This document shows, piece by piece, positions 1-13,500 of a stretch of DNA of 64,000 nucleotides. The stretch is from Tubiluchus corallicola. Taxonomy: Eukaryota > Animalia > Priapulida. Under the pieces are notes generated by a model. The model saw only the letters and a list, made by a program, of their open reading frames with translations. It was not told where the DNA came from and did no database searches. Positions within the stretch are counted from its first letter, which is position 1. Every line of letters begins with the position of its first letter. The stretch is taken from positions 74,518 through 138,517 of the forward strand of contig JAQGDQ010000571.1 in assembly GCA_030141605.1 (NCBI GenBank), given 5' to 3'. Position numbers and translations under genes: made by a program.

Positions 1-24
1 ATTAGTGTAAATCTTCGAACTTCA

Positions 25-560
25 ATAGTAGTTCGTGAAAGCAATCATTTTGCTTGTGGTTTTTCTGTTGCCAAAACCCAGATCTTCATTTAGAGGAGCC
101 ATTTACAGCATTGAAACAAAACTTCATTGCGCTCTTGCAAAGTCCATAGCGACCATCTATTCATACTGTTGGCATGTGTTTTTTGTAGAAACTCGACAAA
201 AAACAATGGCTAACTTTAACAGTGATTTTCTCAAGGTTAGGTTTTTCAGTGGGCAGCCTGCACCTGAACTTCAATGTGGATTATCTCAGCTTAGAAATAA
301 CCCGATCAAAATAATCCTCATGAAATGGAGATTCAGGATATGTGAATAACTAGAAAAGCTTAGACGACTTATTGACGATTTTGCTATAAATTTGCAAGCT
401 CATATTTAAATTTAGCAAGGTAAACTAGAAATATTTTAACATAAAAAAAGGAGGTTAGAAATAACACAGAGCAATGAGCTTGGTATCAAAGTGATCCTGA
501 TAAGCTTGACATTCAGGATTTGTGGATAACTAAAGAACTTAATTGCAGATTTCCAGGCAT
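25..560. repeat. Dispersed repeat family (second copy at ~30325-30745)
   Basis: Blocks aacttcaatgtggattatctcagcttagaaataac and atcctcatgaaatggagattc occur at both loci. Confidence 0.7.
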
Positions 561-2342
561 TTTTGCTGTGCAAACACGCATTTCTTGGCGCAGATGTTAT
601 TTGCTTGTTTAGCTGTTGTAGATTCGTCTGCGAATCTCTGACGTTGTTGTTTTATTTGTGCTGTTGAAGCATCTTCATGTGATGACATCAACTGTAGAAG
701 AGGAGCAGTTATTGGCAGCCTCTTCTCTTTGCCACATTTTGGGGCTTCAAATATTGAGGCAATGCATGGGTGATCCGGTTAAGCTGTTAAACTTGGTGAA
801 GCATGTCGGCCGTTGATAACTGCTCGCCTATTTTTCAAACATGTAGATGACTGATGCTGTATAATTATTTTTTCCTGTAGCACATTCAAGCCTTCTACAG
901 TAACACCAATATTCTTACGAGACGGAGAGTTATTATCAGAAGTACGCTAACGATTTGGAACTCTACGTACGTGGTGGTGACCTGTGTGATATCATGTTTC
1001 CGAGTGCATTTTGGGTTATTGGAATCAGTGGTGGCTCATGTATAGTCACTGTGGAACTGCAGCAACTCCTATTTTCAATCAATATTATCGCTGACATTCA
1101 ATATAATGAGTCTCTTTTTTTTTAATTCTTTCTTTGTATTTGTATATAGTTATAAATCCTTGTATGGGACCAGAGCGCGTGACGGACCTGTGTGCTTCAC
1201 AGTTTCAGTACTGTGCACTTCCAGCAATGTGGTGTTTGGCTAACTGTTGTGTAACTATCTCAGGCATGCACACATGTCTGAGATAAGAAGCCGCACTCTA
1301 GGTAGAGAAAGTACTGTCGCTCATGCAGTGTCTATCAAGGAGAAGATTATCTTTTCTCACAAAGTAAACCAAGAAGAATGGATTTTGTTTTTAAACGAAC
1401 GGATCAATTTAAACGGAAATTACATGGCATTAAAACAATTTGCTAAAAATTTTCTGAAGCAACACCACCACTAATTTTAGCTACGAGCCGCCATTGATTG
1501 GAATATCACGATAATACATAAATATTGCAAGAATTATAGCAAAGTGAATTCGTGTGTAGTGGATAAGCATTCCTAGTTTAATGGAGCCTGGAGTTACATG
1601 TATTTCCTATGTGAGCAGAACAGTACATTTAAAATATCTACGTCAAAGTAACGTACAATGTGGAATTTGTTAATCATTTATCTTCTGTGATACATAACTT
1701 GATCCTGGTTGTAAATGGTGAAGTGATACCACGTTGTTCATTACCGTTTGATTTTCAACTCACTTCGTCAAGCTGCATCGCAAATGTTACTCAGATGCTT
1801 TTATCTTGCCACTTCAGAAATATGAGTTTTCAGGGCCATTGTTTAAATTGTCGTTTTTGTTTTCAAAAAATCATGAAACATCGTTGTAACACATTGTTCA
1901 TGACAAGAATAGCGACAGTGAAAAAACGTTTCACAAAACAAGGAAGAAAGGAAAAAGAACGCACATTTCAAACTACCATTATAGCTCTTCTTCAGGTGAG
2001 CAAAAAAAGACAAGCTTGGGAAAAATCCCAATGAATTCTTTTGAATAATATAAATAAAAAACTCAAAAATCAAGGTGATACACACTCAGTCTGACTCAAC
2101 TTCGGCTATAAGAGACATCGGATATAAGGGACAATTGTTTCCTGTCCTGAGCTGTCCCTTATACCCGCGGTTGACTGTATGTGTATGCTACTATTATATT
2201 TAAAAAAAACAGAAATTGCCATGATACATGGATCTGAAAACAATAAGAAATGCACATTATTAGAAAGCATTGTTTAGCATTAGTATTTGTTCGTTCACTC
2301 ATTGTTTTTGAAGATTGTCAGAATATCACTACCATGTTTAGT

Positions 2343-2840
2343 GGTGCGTTTAGACTAGCCAGTTTTCTCTCTGACAGTAAACTCACAAGTGTGAACTGCA
2401 GTGCGAGTTACTGACTCAAAGTTATTGCAAACTCTCCGAGAGTTGCTGAGAGTTCTCTCATGAGTTACTTGCAGACAAGCTCTATTCATTGTGAGAATTC
2501 ACAGAGAAAAGTCTCAAGAGAAAACTATGTAGTGTGAATGTACCATTAGAACATTACTGCCAAGTTTGAACTACACTGCGATTTACTGATGGCACGTTTT
2601 TGCAAATTCGGTTGTTGCAATTGATTTCCTGTCTAGTGTGAACGCCTCAGCAAGTTACTTGCTAGTGTGAATGCCTCAGTAAGTTACTCTCAGAACTTCT
2701 GGCTGTGAATAGAAAAGAAAGTGGCAGCTTATGATTACTGTCGGAGAGTAACTCGTAGTAAGTTTTTCTCTACAAACTGACCACACTTGCGAGTTACTTT
2801 GCAAGTTTGCTTGGTGAGAAAACTCGCTGGTCTGAACGCT
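2343..2840. mobile_element. Degenerate MITE(s) with GGTGCGTT(T/C)AGACT-type termini (PIF/Harbinger-like)
   Basis: ggtgcgtttagactag at 2343 versus agtgtgaatgtacc at ~2531-2544; several internal agtgtgaac/agtgtgaat inverted motifs. Confidence 0.4.
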
Positions 2841-3610
2841 TCGTGTGCGTCACTTTTTGCACCAGTCATAATGATTTCTCTTTTTTTTGAATAGGTATTT
2901 TTACTGCCAGTTTTAACTTAAGTGCTTTTTGATGATAATAAGAGAAGAAAAACCTGTCTGTTCGTTTGACAATTACCCTCAGATTAGATATTACATCTTT
3001 TTTTTACCAATACTGTGTTATTACAGCAAAAACTGTCACTTTAGTAAAGTGAAATCGGAAAAACTAAATGCTCTCTTTTCCAAATGATTAAAACAATAGG
3101 ATATTTTTAATTTTCTTTATGATAATAACGTGACCTTGGGGTTGTAAATGGCCACTTTTACGAGGGTCAGCCGAAAATTCGAATTAGGATGTTTAAATGA
3201 TTGTTATATCATGGAGAAATGTTATTACATATGTACAGAGTTGTAAGCATGAATCATGTATATAATTTACGCACACTGTATTGTTTATATAATGAGCATT
3301 GTGTATATATAGCTTATTTTGTTTATTGTCTATGTAAATAATATATATAAAGAGGTTGTTTATTGTATTGTAGTGCTTTCCTGTAACAATTCATATTCTA
3401 TTGTGGTCTTGCGCATACTGTGTTATAATGATTATAGAAATGTAAAGATGTGTTTTTTACTTTTGATTGATTAGTATAAACAACGTACAAAAAAGGAAAT
3501 GATAATCATGATAATTATTATATAATGTTAATACTATTATTTGTAATTATTATTTCAATAAAATGTGTTTTATAAAATAAATATAGTATTGTGTGTATGT
3601 CTTATGTTTA

Positions 3611-4005
3611 ACAAGTCCAGAGAAGATTAATTATTAAGTTTAACTAATTTAGTCACTGAAGAAACAGCAGTACAATTTACTTTTCACAAGTCTAGAGAAG
3701 ACTAATCAAATTAAACTAATTTAGTCACCGAAGAAACAGCAGTACAATTTACTTTTCACAAGTCCAGAGAAGACTAATCAAATTAAACTAATTTAGTCAC
3801 TGAAGAAACAGCAGTACAATATAGTTTTCACAAGTCCAGAGAAGACTAATAAATAAATTATAAACTAATTTAGTCACTGAAGAAACAGCAGCACAATGTA
3901 GTTTTCACAAGTCCAGAGAAGACTAATCAATAAATTAAACTAATTTTGTCACTGAAGAAACAGCAGTACAATTTAGTTTTCACAAGTCCAGAGAAGACTA
4001 ATAAC
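3611..4005. repeat. Minisatellite, ~59-65 bp unit, ~6.5 copies
   Basis: Repeating acaagtccagagaagactaat...aaactaatttagtcactgaagaaacagcagtacaat. Confidence 0.9.
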
Positions 4006-4514
4006 TAAATTTGCCAAATGTATTCACTGTAAAAGCTGCAGTAGAACGTAGTTTTGATAAGTCTCGCAAATTTGCCCATTTCATGCACCCTCAACTGTCG
4101 AAAATGACCTACAATTTTATAGACGAAATTTCTAATATTGCACGTGAAATCAATCAATCAAAACACACAATCGACTTTAACTTTAATTATCTAAATTAAC
4201 ATTTTTATAGCGACACAAACCTATTTTGGAAGTATTATGACAAACATGCATGAACACGTTATATACATGTACTAAATGTATGGGTATGTTTTCAAATACG
4301 TGCCAAAAATATATATGAACTGTAAGATCACATAAGTTAATATAGTGGAAATACTTACTTATGGTAATTTCTGTACAAATCATATAAATATTATGCTAAG
4401 ATAAAATACGTGAAGGTCACAGTAAAACTATTCAGTAACTTAAATGCGATCAGCAGCTTGAAGAAGTTTCGACGTTAAATAATAGGTGGTGCCACTATTA
4501 AGTTACCTGATGAT

Positions 4515-4760
4515 ATGGTGTGGGTGGTGTGGTATGGATGTTATGGTGCGGTGGGTGGCATGGTATGGTTGGTGTGGTGTGGTATGGTGCCAGTGTTGTC
4601 GTGTGGATGATGTGGTGTGGGTAGTATAGTGGGGTGGAATGATGTGCGTAATGTGGTGGTGTTTGTGTAATGTTATGGGTGTGGTTTGTTTTAGCTGAAG
4701 GTGGAGTGGAATGTGTGCACGATGTGGTGTAGAGCTGTGTGTTGTGGTGGTGTTGGTTAG
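4515..4760. repeat. Degenerate (GTGGT/GTATG)-type pentamer tract
   Basis: G/T-rich tract with ggtgt/ggtat periodicity. Confidence 0.6.
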
Positions 4761-5200
4761 CAGATTAGGTGACTTTATAGTCTTTTCGCTATCCTTTCTC
4801 CAGTTCTAGATATATCTATACATTTTAACCATTCTTCAAAACTTATTAGAGATTCTTTTATTAATCATGTTTTATTGTAGCATTATAAAGAGATAAATAA
4901 AGTAAAATTGAATTGAATTGAATTGACCATAGGATAGCGAGGACAGCGATGGCAAAACATTTCAGTAAAAATTGATACCATTGTCTTAGCAAAGTTTAAT
5001 CTACAACATACTCAGCTGTGCGTGAACAAGAACATATGATAGTTTTACTGCTGGCTTTAAAGCATTTATGTGTCATGTAGATGGGAGATAATCAAAGGAT
5101 CACCGGACAAAGGACAACCAGACAAAAGGCCACCAGAAAAAAGATTCGTCTGAAAAGACAAAGGACCAACAAGCAAATGTCTACAAAAAGTTGCATGAAA

Positions 5201-5600
5201 TAGATTAGATTAGATTATATTTATTTACTAACTTTTACAGCTACACAGGGTTAGAACTTTACAAAGAGGAAATTAGTCCTACAAGAATCTTACTCAAATT
5301 GGCCGTGTAGCAATTAAAATAACTTAAAATTACTATCCTGGTGAGTGAAAATATTTAATAAAGAGTCCTTGTTAATATCATTAAAACAGTCTTGTTTATG
5401 TTAAATGCTGTTTTCTCATAATGGCATAGCACGTGCTCTTCATCTTGAACTGCACCATTGGCACCTAGCACACAGTCACATACACGCGTATGACTTGGTC
5501 TTTGCCTCCATCTTCCAGTTTCTATAAGAAGTCTATGAGCGAATAACCTGCAACGAGTCCAACATTGTGTTTTGTGTTGAGATATTTGTATTAGTAATTT
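5201..5600 (-). mobile_element. Non-LTR retrotransposon 3' fragment (C-terminal Cys/His motif) with (ATCTA)n tail
   Basis: Minus strand translates WTRCRLFAHRLLIETGRWRQRPSHTRVCDCVLGANGAVQDEEHVLCH, the typical LINE ORF2 RLxxHxLxIETGRW...CxxC...H motif; followed by AATAAA and a pentamer tail. Confidence 0.75.
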
Positions 5601-6012
5601 GCAGTCTGTACAATTGAATTTTCAGTACCTTTCTACTTACGTGGCCAAAATATTATTTTTATTGTGCGTCGGATAATTTGATGGTGCTATAGATTCAAGA
5701 AATCTAATGTGCCGTACGAATGTTAATGAAAATTAATCACGAATTTGTTTTAGGAACGTTTTTTTAGTATCCCCGACATGCAAAATTTAAAACTGCTGAC
5801 TTAAGCACTATAGCAAAAGTCGAAAACCTTAGATTATGTTATGGAAGATCTTCAGTTAAGCAGAAGAATGGATTGCATAAACGAAACTTGAAAAATCAGA
5901 GCTTTGGTAAGCCAAAACAGCAATGCGAGCTTTATTGCCATAGCTGCTAGAGGTCATTCTTACTTGTTTGCAAATCAATAAAATTTCTGATCATCATGAC
6001 AAAATACAATGG

Positions 6013-6711
6013 GACATAGCGTAACATAACGTGACCTAACATAACCTAACCTAACACAATACAACACTACACGACACAGCAGAACTCAACACAACATAAC
6101 ATAACACAACATAACACAACACTACACAACACAACACAACACTACACTACACTACACTACACTACACTACACTACACTACACTACACTACACTACACTAC
6201 ACTACACTACACTACACAACATAACACAACACAACACTACACAAAACAACACTACACAACATAACATAACACTACACAACACAAAACTACATAACATAAC
6301 ATAGCATAACATAACATAACATAACGCAACAAAACGCTACACTATGCTACGCAACACAACACAACACAACACAACACTACACTACACTACACTACACTAC
6401 ACTACACTACACTACACTACACTACACTACACTACACTACACTACACTACACTACACTACACTACACTACACAACACTACACTACACTACACTACACTAC
6501 ACTACACTACACTACACTACACTACACTACACTACACTACACTACACTACACTAACTACACAACACAACACAACACAACACAACATAACATAACAGCACA
6601 CAACACAAAACATCATAACACAACACAACATAACATAACACTACATGACACTACATAACATAACATAACACAATACTACACAACACAACACAACACAACA
6701 CAACATAACAT
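6013..6711. repeat. Compound pentanucleotide array (ACATA/ACACA/ACTAC variants)
   Basis: Blocks of actac, acaac, ataac; ORF 6344-6658 is its translation. Confidence 0.95.
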
Positions 6712-7640
6712 ATTTTACTATCAGCTAAAAAATGAAAAAGTACGTGTAACCAACTTAGAAGAAAGTTTCAGCAAAAGTTAATAAATATAACGCTAATGTG
6801 TCAAGGTCATTAAATGCATCTCTTATGGCGAAGGTTAACAACCAAAAGCCTTATCAATCAACGCTATTTATGTGTTTCGTTTGCCTTTTATGCTTGCAAC
6901 TAAAAGCAAATGCAAATAGAAATTAATTAAAACCTTTAGATGGCAAGGTATTAATTAACATGTCTATTTAACTGTTGTAGGTCACGCTGTAACACTGCCC
7001 AATCAGCGTGTAAGTTATTTCGTACCCCTGCAGAGCTTGATTAACGCAGGAACGATCGGGACATTTAGCTACATCTGCTTCTAATACTGTTATGAAAAAT
7101 GCTCAACTTTTCATTAGTTAGCGGGAGAAATATTAGCCTGGTTCTAGATTTTGTTATTGTCAAGTGAAATTGCAAGTGGATTAGTGGAAATATATAGTCT
7201 AGTTTCGTTATAGGAAGAAATGCACAACGCTTACGTTTATGGGTTGCTGATTAAACCATTTTACAGTCAAGAAAATACGCAGTTTAGTTTTGTTTTTTTC
7301 CGTTGGAAGTTAGAAAAAAAACAACGATTTCATTAACTTTAGATAAGGACAAAACAAAATGTTTTCTTTTCTGGCCAGTTTTTATAAACCTCAATGAGAT
7401 CTTCACAGTCAAAATTAATTCAAATGATTTGTGTGACATCAATTTATTGTTAACCTTCTCGTTACAAATGAATGTCAAACGGCATTTTCAAGTGTTTTCT
7501 TTCCATTTTATAGTTGCAACTAAAGCAATTGCAAATAGTTATAAATAGAAACGATTGCATAGGTAGGTATTAAATAACACGTACCCACGTACGATAGGAT
7601 TGCAACAAATTCTGTTCATATATGGGAAGAGCTTTTCATC

Positions 7641-7923
7641 ATGATTTTCATCAGACAGAGCAGAAGCTTTGTGATCTTGACTTGGGTTTGCTTTATCCAG
7701 CTGTACTTAATTGTTCCCATAAGTGGAATGTGCTTCTTTTACGGCAACACGTATGAAGACGGAGACAAAATGCCTGATCCGAATCCGTGTAATGACTGTT
7801 TTTGTGACGTCTTCCTTAAGAAGTGTGAGAAAGTGGTGTGTACAGCACCCTCTATTATTCTTGATGCATGTGAACTGAAGACAGAGCCAGGGGATTGTTG
7901 TCCAACTAGTTATGTCTGTCCAA
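7641..7923 (+). CDS. Secreted modular protein, exon 1: signal peptide + VWC-like domain
   Basis: MIFIRQSRSFVILTWVCFIQLYLIVPISG, then CFFYGNTYEDGD..PCNDCFC..CEKVVC..C..PGDCCPTSYVCP; phase-1 donor A|gtaagc at 7924. Confidence 0.85.
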
Positions 7924-8781
7924 GTAAGCTTGTGTATTATGCACAATTATTGATTAGTAATTATAGGATATTTAAGTCATAAGTCATTTATTTCACATTA
8001 CACATTTACAATAGTTTCATGTACAAAATCTAGTGAAAGGGCCTACAATGAAAGTAATACAAATAAGAAATACTCCACAGGAAAAGCCTCAAACACTGTT
8101 CACCTATATACGAATGTAAATGTGTAGCGGGCAATCAAAAAGCAGGGCTTGTTAGATTGTTCCACACAGTGAAAGAAAAAAAAGTAATGAAAACAAGCTG
8201 AAAATTTAAAGTGAATCGTACGATAAAAAACATTAGTGCTTAAAATGGAATGATGTAATGAATGAAGCTCATAATATGAGATGATATAAAAGATAGAAAG
8301 ACTATTATTTGTTAATTCTTTTTCTTTGTTATTTGTTATTTTTTTTTGATGCTTGTAATGCCTACGCTCAAACCAAAGTTGCGTTTTCATATCTATGTTA
8401 GTTTATTCTGCAAAAAATACAAATTTTCTGTAGTCTACAATTACTACCTCTACAAAACTACTGAAATAAGTGCTAGAAAAATAAGTGCAACAGATTACTG
8501 CGTTAGACTATAAAGCTAAAATGTATACATACATTCTTGGTCCAATATTGAGTCGAGAAAAAGCCAGAATGTTAGTAAAAGGTAGCAGTATAATTACAAG
8601 TCAAATGTTAAATGTAACAGTGACGTGTGTACATAACAAGTTCCATCTATACAATGTCAGAGTAGAAAAAAGTAGTCTAGCTTGTTGAACAACAGTCTAA
8701 TATATTGTGGCTTCTAATGCATATATTACCTTGGGAAGGGGTAATGGACCAAAACATTTGTACCTGTAACAATGCTATTAT

Positions 8782-9315
8782 AGGAAGACCGGACGATTGT
8801 TTAGACTCAATCTCATTTTATTTTACTGTCCAAAATATACATTTCTTGCCTATAAGGTTAGCAATTGTTTCTTATATTTGAATAATTAGCTTAGAAACTT
8901 AATTAACAGCAACCAAACACAGCTATTGCTTACGTCAGAAACTAATCCCAGTTTGAAGCAATGACAGGCATCTTACATTGCGCGTCAAGCACGTTTGCCC
9001 AAATGTTACTGTTTAAACGCGTGATGTCACGAAAATTGGTTCTATGTCATATGACGTCAGAACCTAACACTGCAGTCATGGTTATCACGGTGCCGCCTTC
9101 TATTTTCCCGCCACGTGAATGTGAAAAAAAGGCGCCGTTGCCAATCTTAGTGCATTCGCTGAGCCGCGCGTAACTTTGAAAGTTTAACAAAATTTGAGTA
9201 TCCGAGGTAATAATTATTTAATCTAAGCTTTGATTTAAAATAAGCTATTGTAGTTTTTAATATTTTAGAGCATTCTCTATTCTGAACTATGTTTACACAA
9301 TTATCCGGTTTTCCT
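8782..9315 (+). mobile_element. Kolobok-like non-autonomous DNA transposon, family A
   Basis: Termini aggaagaccgga...tccggttttcct; homologous copies at 12454, 15728 and 31995. Confidence 0.7.
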
Positions 9316-9405
9316 TTACGACAGCATCAGACGTTTCAATGATCCAATCTTATTTAGCTCATCTGTTGTTCCAGTATTGCGTTATTTATGTATAGATTAT
9401 AAATA

Positions 9406-9620
9406 ACCACGGCCAAATCACGTTGAAAACACCGGCTCTCGTCTGATCACCGAAGTTAAGCAACGTAAAGCCTGGTTAGTACTTGAATGGGTGACCGTCT
9501 AGGAATACCAGGTACTGTAGGCTTGCGGGATGCCCACGCTGTATCTCGACACTAGGCGGAGGAACTGCACAAGCAGCCAACGGCTAGAGGGCGGAGGAGG
9601 TCGAGTGACCTCCAAATCAG
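9406..9620 (+). mobile_element. 5S rRNA-derived SINE (SINE3-type), 3'-truncated copy
   Basis: Full 5S-like head (cggccaaatcacgttgaaaacaccgg...gtaggctt) with no oligo-T terminator, followed by the same body start as the other three copies. Confidence 0.85.
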
Positions 9621-10834
9621 CATTGAAGCTATCAGTATCCATAATCACAGTAGTGGCAAAACAGTGGTGTTATCTTAATCAAGTTATCTTAATTTTACAT
9701 ACTATTAACAAATAATAGTCTTTCTATCTTTTATATCATCTCATATATGAGCTTCATTCATTACATCATACCATTTTAAGCACGTTTTTTATTATACGAT
9801 TCAGTTTAAATTTTCAGATTATTTCCATTACTTTTTTTTCTTTCACTGTGTGGGACACTCTAACAAGCCCTGCTTTTTGATTGCCTGCAACACATTTACA
9901 TTTGTATATAGGTTTGAACAGTGTGTGAGGCTTTTCTTGTGCAGAAACAATAAAAGCTTATTTGTATTATGTTCATTGTAGGCCCTTTCACTAGATACAG
10001 TACATGAAACTATTGTTAATGTGTAAAGTGAAATAAATGACTTATGACATTATTGTAAGATCATAGATTAATTTATTTTCATAATTACTGTTAACTGATC
10101 AAGAATAATGTTTCTGATATTTTAAAAATTTATTTTAAGGTTTGACTTTTTGTGAGATTGGGACGAAACTTGTTACAATATCAAAACATCAAATATCTCA
10201 TCTGATCTTTTCACCACACTATGCAAAATTGCACAAAAATTCTGAAGCATTAAGAGGCTTGCTGAGCATCAGAATTCATAATCTTGATGAAACATTGTAA
10301 TGCGACGAACATAGAAACAGTTCTGAGAAAGAAAGAAATATAAGAACAGTAAAGGAAAACTGTGTTAAATAATAATAATGATTTTAGAAGCCTAGTTAGG
10401 TGAGGCGTCACGTGACCAGCTGATGTTCGACCGGCTGACTCAGAAGTAAAGATTGATGATGTAATGCGCAGAAGCTCACGGCGCATTAGGTAGTTAGACA
10501 AAAGTGTTTTGAGGCCCGCACCTCGGGGGAGATTAGGAACTGACTTGAAGACGGAGGGCTGGCATTATGATCCTCTTATATTTACCGTGTTGTGTTTAAT
10601 ATTTAATAAATGTTTTGTTTACTAAATAAAGTCTTGATAGTTTGCCATGCCCATCGTGGCTACCTCACACGCCACACAATAAACAACAATAATCAGCAAG
10701 CATCAATCTTCATTAACCACAAGAATAAATAGACTTAAATCAAATTATTTTACTGAACTAGTAAGCTAAAAATTGATTCGTATCTGCAAATTTTGGTATA
10801 ACTAAAATATTAGGAATAGAAATATAAACAATAA

Positions 10835-11130
10835 CTTCTCGTAAACTGTACATTGAAACGGGTCGTTACCACAAATATAAAAAATCTTAGAATTCGTCCT
10901 AACAACCTAAAAAATTTATAAAAGACGAGAATCAAATACGTCAATTTTGCGTAAAGTCGGAAGTAAACGATGAACTTCATACTTTGTTTGACGATTTGGG
11001 ATCGATTTATCTAAAAAATTGAACCAGTTGATACCTATTTTGCTAGATACTAAATTTGTAATGAGTCAGAATGAGATAGATGTTCTTAAGATTATAATCA
11101 AATTTGTATATAATGCAACTGAATTACGTG
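10835..11130 (+). mobile_element. Degraded LINE ORF2 C-terminal fragment
   Basis: Translates KLYIETGRYHK...FCVKSEVNDELHTLF with interruptions. Confidence 0.55.
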
Positions 11131-12043
11131 AAAGTTCCACGCTCGTGCCTCTGATATGAAAATATTGATACGGAGGCACCTGTGTCGAGTCAGGTGTAGG
11201 GCCCTCTACACGCCCTGCTTGCACGTCAGCAGCGACTCACCCCTTTCTTGTAGGTCCAGACGTCTTGTTTGGGCCTACACGTGGTGTGAGAAGCCAGCTG
11301 ACCTGGAATGCCAGCATAAAAGCGTGTAGAGGTCACTACAGCCGGGGATTTCTGACACAGGTGCTCCTCGGGTGTAGGGCTGCTACTGCGTTAGTTAGTT
11401 GGTTTTTTTGTGCACGTGTATTTTTGTTACTTATTTTTATTAGTGCTGTTAATAAACTCCGTACAGAGCAGTTTTTGTGTATTTTGTTTTATGAGAGTTA
11501 GATGACACGCTATAACAGGTATAAGGTACTTGTTTACAGACATTAATTTAGCTAATTAACATAACATTTGTAATTAACATTAACATTTGTAATATAAGTA
11601 TCGGTTACAGAACGATTATAAAAATGGCACTTCATGATGCGAAATATCAGGACCGCCATGCCATCTTGGAGTTCGACCCCTGGGCCGAATTCAGTCCAAT
11701 ATTGTAAATAGATATTAAAAAAACGAATACTTTTTTAGCATTAACGTATCTGTACTGTAGTAATGGTATTTTTTATAATAATGTCACTGTATTTTGTTAC
11801 ATTCTAACTTTATAACTTCTTAAAGAGAAACTTTATTGCACAGACCGAAAAAAATTGCATAAAAAAGTGACAATATTACAAAACATACCATCACTACAGC
11901 ACGGATAACAGTGTCTCTAATTATGAAATGTTAATTTAGGTGCATCCAATTGTTCAAAAGACAGATACGTTAGTGCTGAAAAGTATTCGTTTTTTAATAA
12001 GTTAGAATGTAACAAAATACAGTGACGCTTAAATGTGTTTCAG

Positions 12044-12172
12044 AAAAAAGATGTAAGATGGATGAATTTGACTGCTTTACTTCGCGTTCGTCTAAATTCA
12101 GTTGTATTCCCTACTACACCGTGTGTGACTGGATTCCAGACTGTGTCAATGAATACGATGAATTTTACTGTG
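12044..12172 (+). CDS. Secreted modular protein, exon 2: LDL-receptor class A repeat
   Basis: tttcag acceptor; reads KKRCKMDEFDCFTSRSSKFSCIPYYTVCDWIPDCVNEYDEFYC (6 Cys, CDxxxDCxxxxDExxC); phase 1-1; G|gtaagt donor at 12173. Confidence 0.9.
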
Positions 12173-12199
12173 GTAAGTGTTAAACGAAAGTCGCGCCAT

Positions 12200-12316
12200 T
12201 TATCACGTTGGTTAGCTTACTGTTACCACTTAAATTTAGAAATATCTAACAAAGAAATTTTCGAAAACTGTCTTTAAAACATAATGTTTATATGTAAACA
12301 TAATGCTAATACATAA

Positions 12317-12386
<70 letters not shown>

Positions 12387-12394
12387 GTGCGTGC

Positions 12395-12433
<39 letters not shown>

Positions 12434-12436
12434 TGT
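12200..12436 (+). repeat. Dispersed repeat ending in (GT)n(GCGT)n; copies at ~15802-15992 (+) and ~55082-55270 (-)
   Basis: Near-identical ttatcacgttgg...gcttactgttaccacttaaatttagaaatatctaacaaagaaattttcgaaaactgtc blocks. Confidence 0.75.
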
Positions 12437-12453
12437 ACTTATAATTAAGTTAA

Positions 12454-12814
12454 AGAAAGACCGGACAATTGTTTAGACTCAATCTCATTTTAATTTACTG
12501 TCCAAAATATACATTCTATTGCCTAAAAAGTTAACAATTGTTCCTTATAATTGAATAATTAGCTTAGAAAGTTAATTAACGGCAACCGAACGCATCTATT
12601 GCTTACACCAGAAACTAACCACAGCTTGGGCAATGCCAGGCGTCTTCCCTTGCGCGTCAAGCACACTAGCATAGGTAGTACGGTACTGTTTACACGTATG
12701 ATGGTACGAAAAATGGGCTCTACATCATATGACGTCAGAAACTAACACTGCAGTTCATGATCATGCTTATCACGATACCGCCTTCTATTTGTCAGTCAAT
12801 AGTCCGGTTTTCCT
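12454..12814 (+). mobile_element. Kolobok-like MITE family A, TTAA-flanked
   Basis: TTAA at 12450-12453 and 12815-12818; TIR agaaagaccggac/gtccggttttcct. Confidence 0.8.
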
Positions 12815-13158
12815 TTAAACCTTCTGCATTTAAAGGCGCATTTATGTGTGTATTTTATAATAAAAGATTAAACCTAATCACCATAATCTTCATCAGCATT
12901 CAGTCGACGAGTTACGCCATCGGCGGAAGAACTGGCACCCAAAATGGGAGCACCCAAGCACGAAATTATCGGGACTATAAAGTGGTTTAAATAGTTACAC
13001 GAGCCACTTATCGCATTTCCATTACTAGATCCTTCTAACATTTTTCGTGGACATTGAAATATGCCCAACTTCCCAGAATTCTTGGTCTTTCCATTAACTT
13101 GGAAAGCGTCTTGATTTCCATATTTCAAGAAAAATTATGTTAATGTGCTGCCGTTGTA

Positions 13159-13427
13159 TAGGTTTTACATGTCAAATGTAGACCTACGTTAACTCAAATG
13201 TAGATTTAGGTAGTTCAAATGTGTTAACAATGGTTTTCAACAAATCTTAAGCGTTTTTGGTAAGTCAAATATAGACACATGTCAAGTCAAATGTCATATG
13301 TCTACATTTGACTTACCCAAGTCACATTTGAGTTACTAAAACACATTCGAAGTTCGTACGTCTACATTTGACTTACCTAAGTCACATTTGAACTTTCCTG
13401 TGTCTACATTTGACGTGTAAAACCTAT
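13159..13427. mobile_element. Palindromic MITE with TA-flanked long TIRs (second copy 16692-17061, fragment ~49840-49947)
   Basis: taggttttacatgtcaaatgtagac...gtctacatttgacgtgtaaaacctata; internal repeats of tcaaatgtagac/gtctacatttga. Confidence 0.75.
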
Positions 13428-13500
13428 AGTGCGAAATACCTGCGTCCATTTTTACTAAAATTTAATTCAGCCGTCAACTTAAAAGTTTTTTGTTTTTCAG

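Larger units (their letters stand above)
7975..10048. repeat. Long inverted repeat in intron 1 (arms ~7975-8315 and ~9712-10048)
   Basis: aagtcatttatttcac...tctagtgaaagggcctacaatgaa matches the reverse complement of 9970-10045; similarity extends to gatagaaagactatt/aatagtctttctatc. Confidence 0.85.

Noticed and set aside
600-1210. Possible decayed LINE 5' region or ORF on the minus strand
   Set aside because: Compositionally coding-like but stop-riddled, with no recognisable motif
3650-3990. CTGAAGA in the ~60-bp tandem as a hammerhead core (retrozyme)
   Set aside because: No stem II followed by GAAA and no compatible stems I and III found
10399-10676. Possible solo LTRs (also 11181-11517 and ~22374-22740)
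   Set aside because: TG...CA-like ends and AATAAA are present, but no TSD or second copy could be verified
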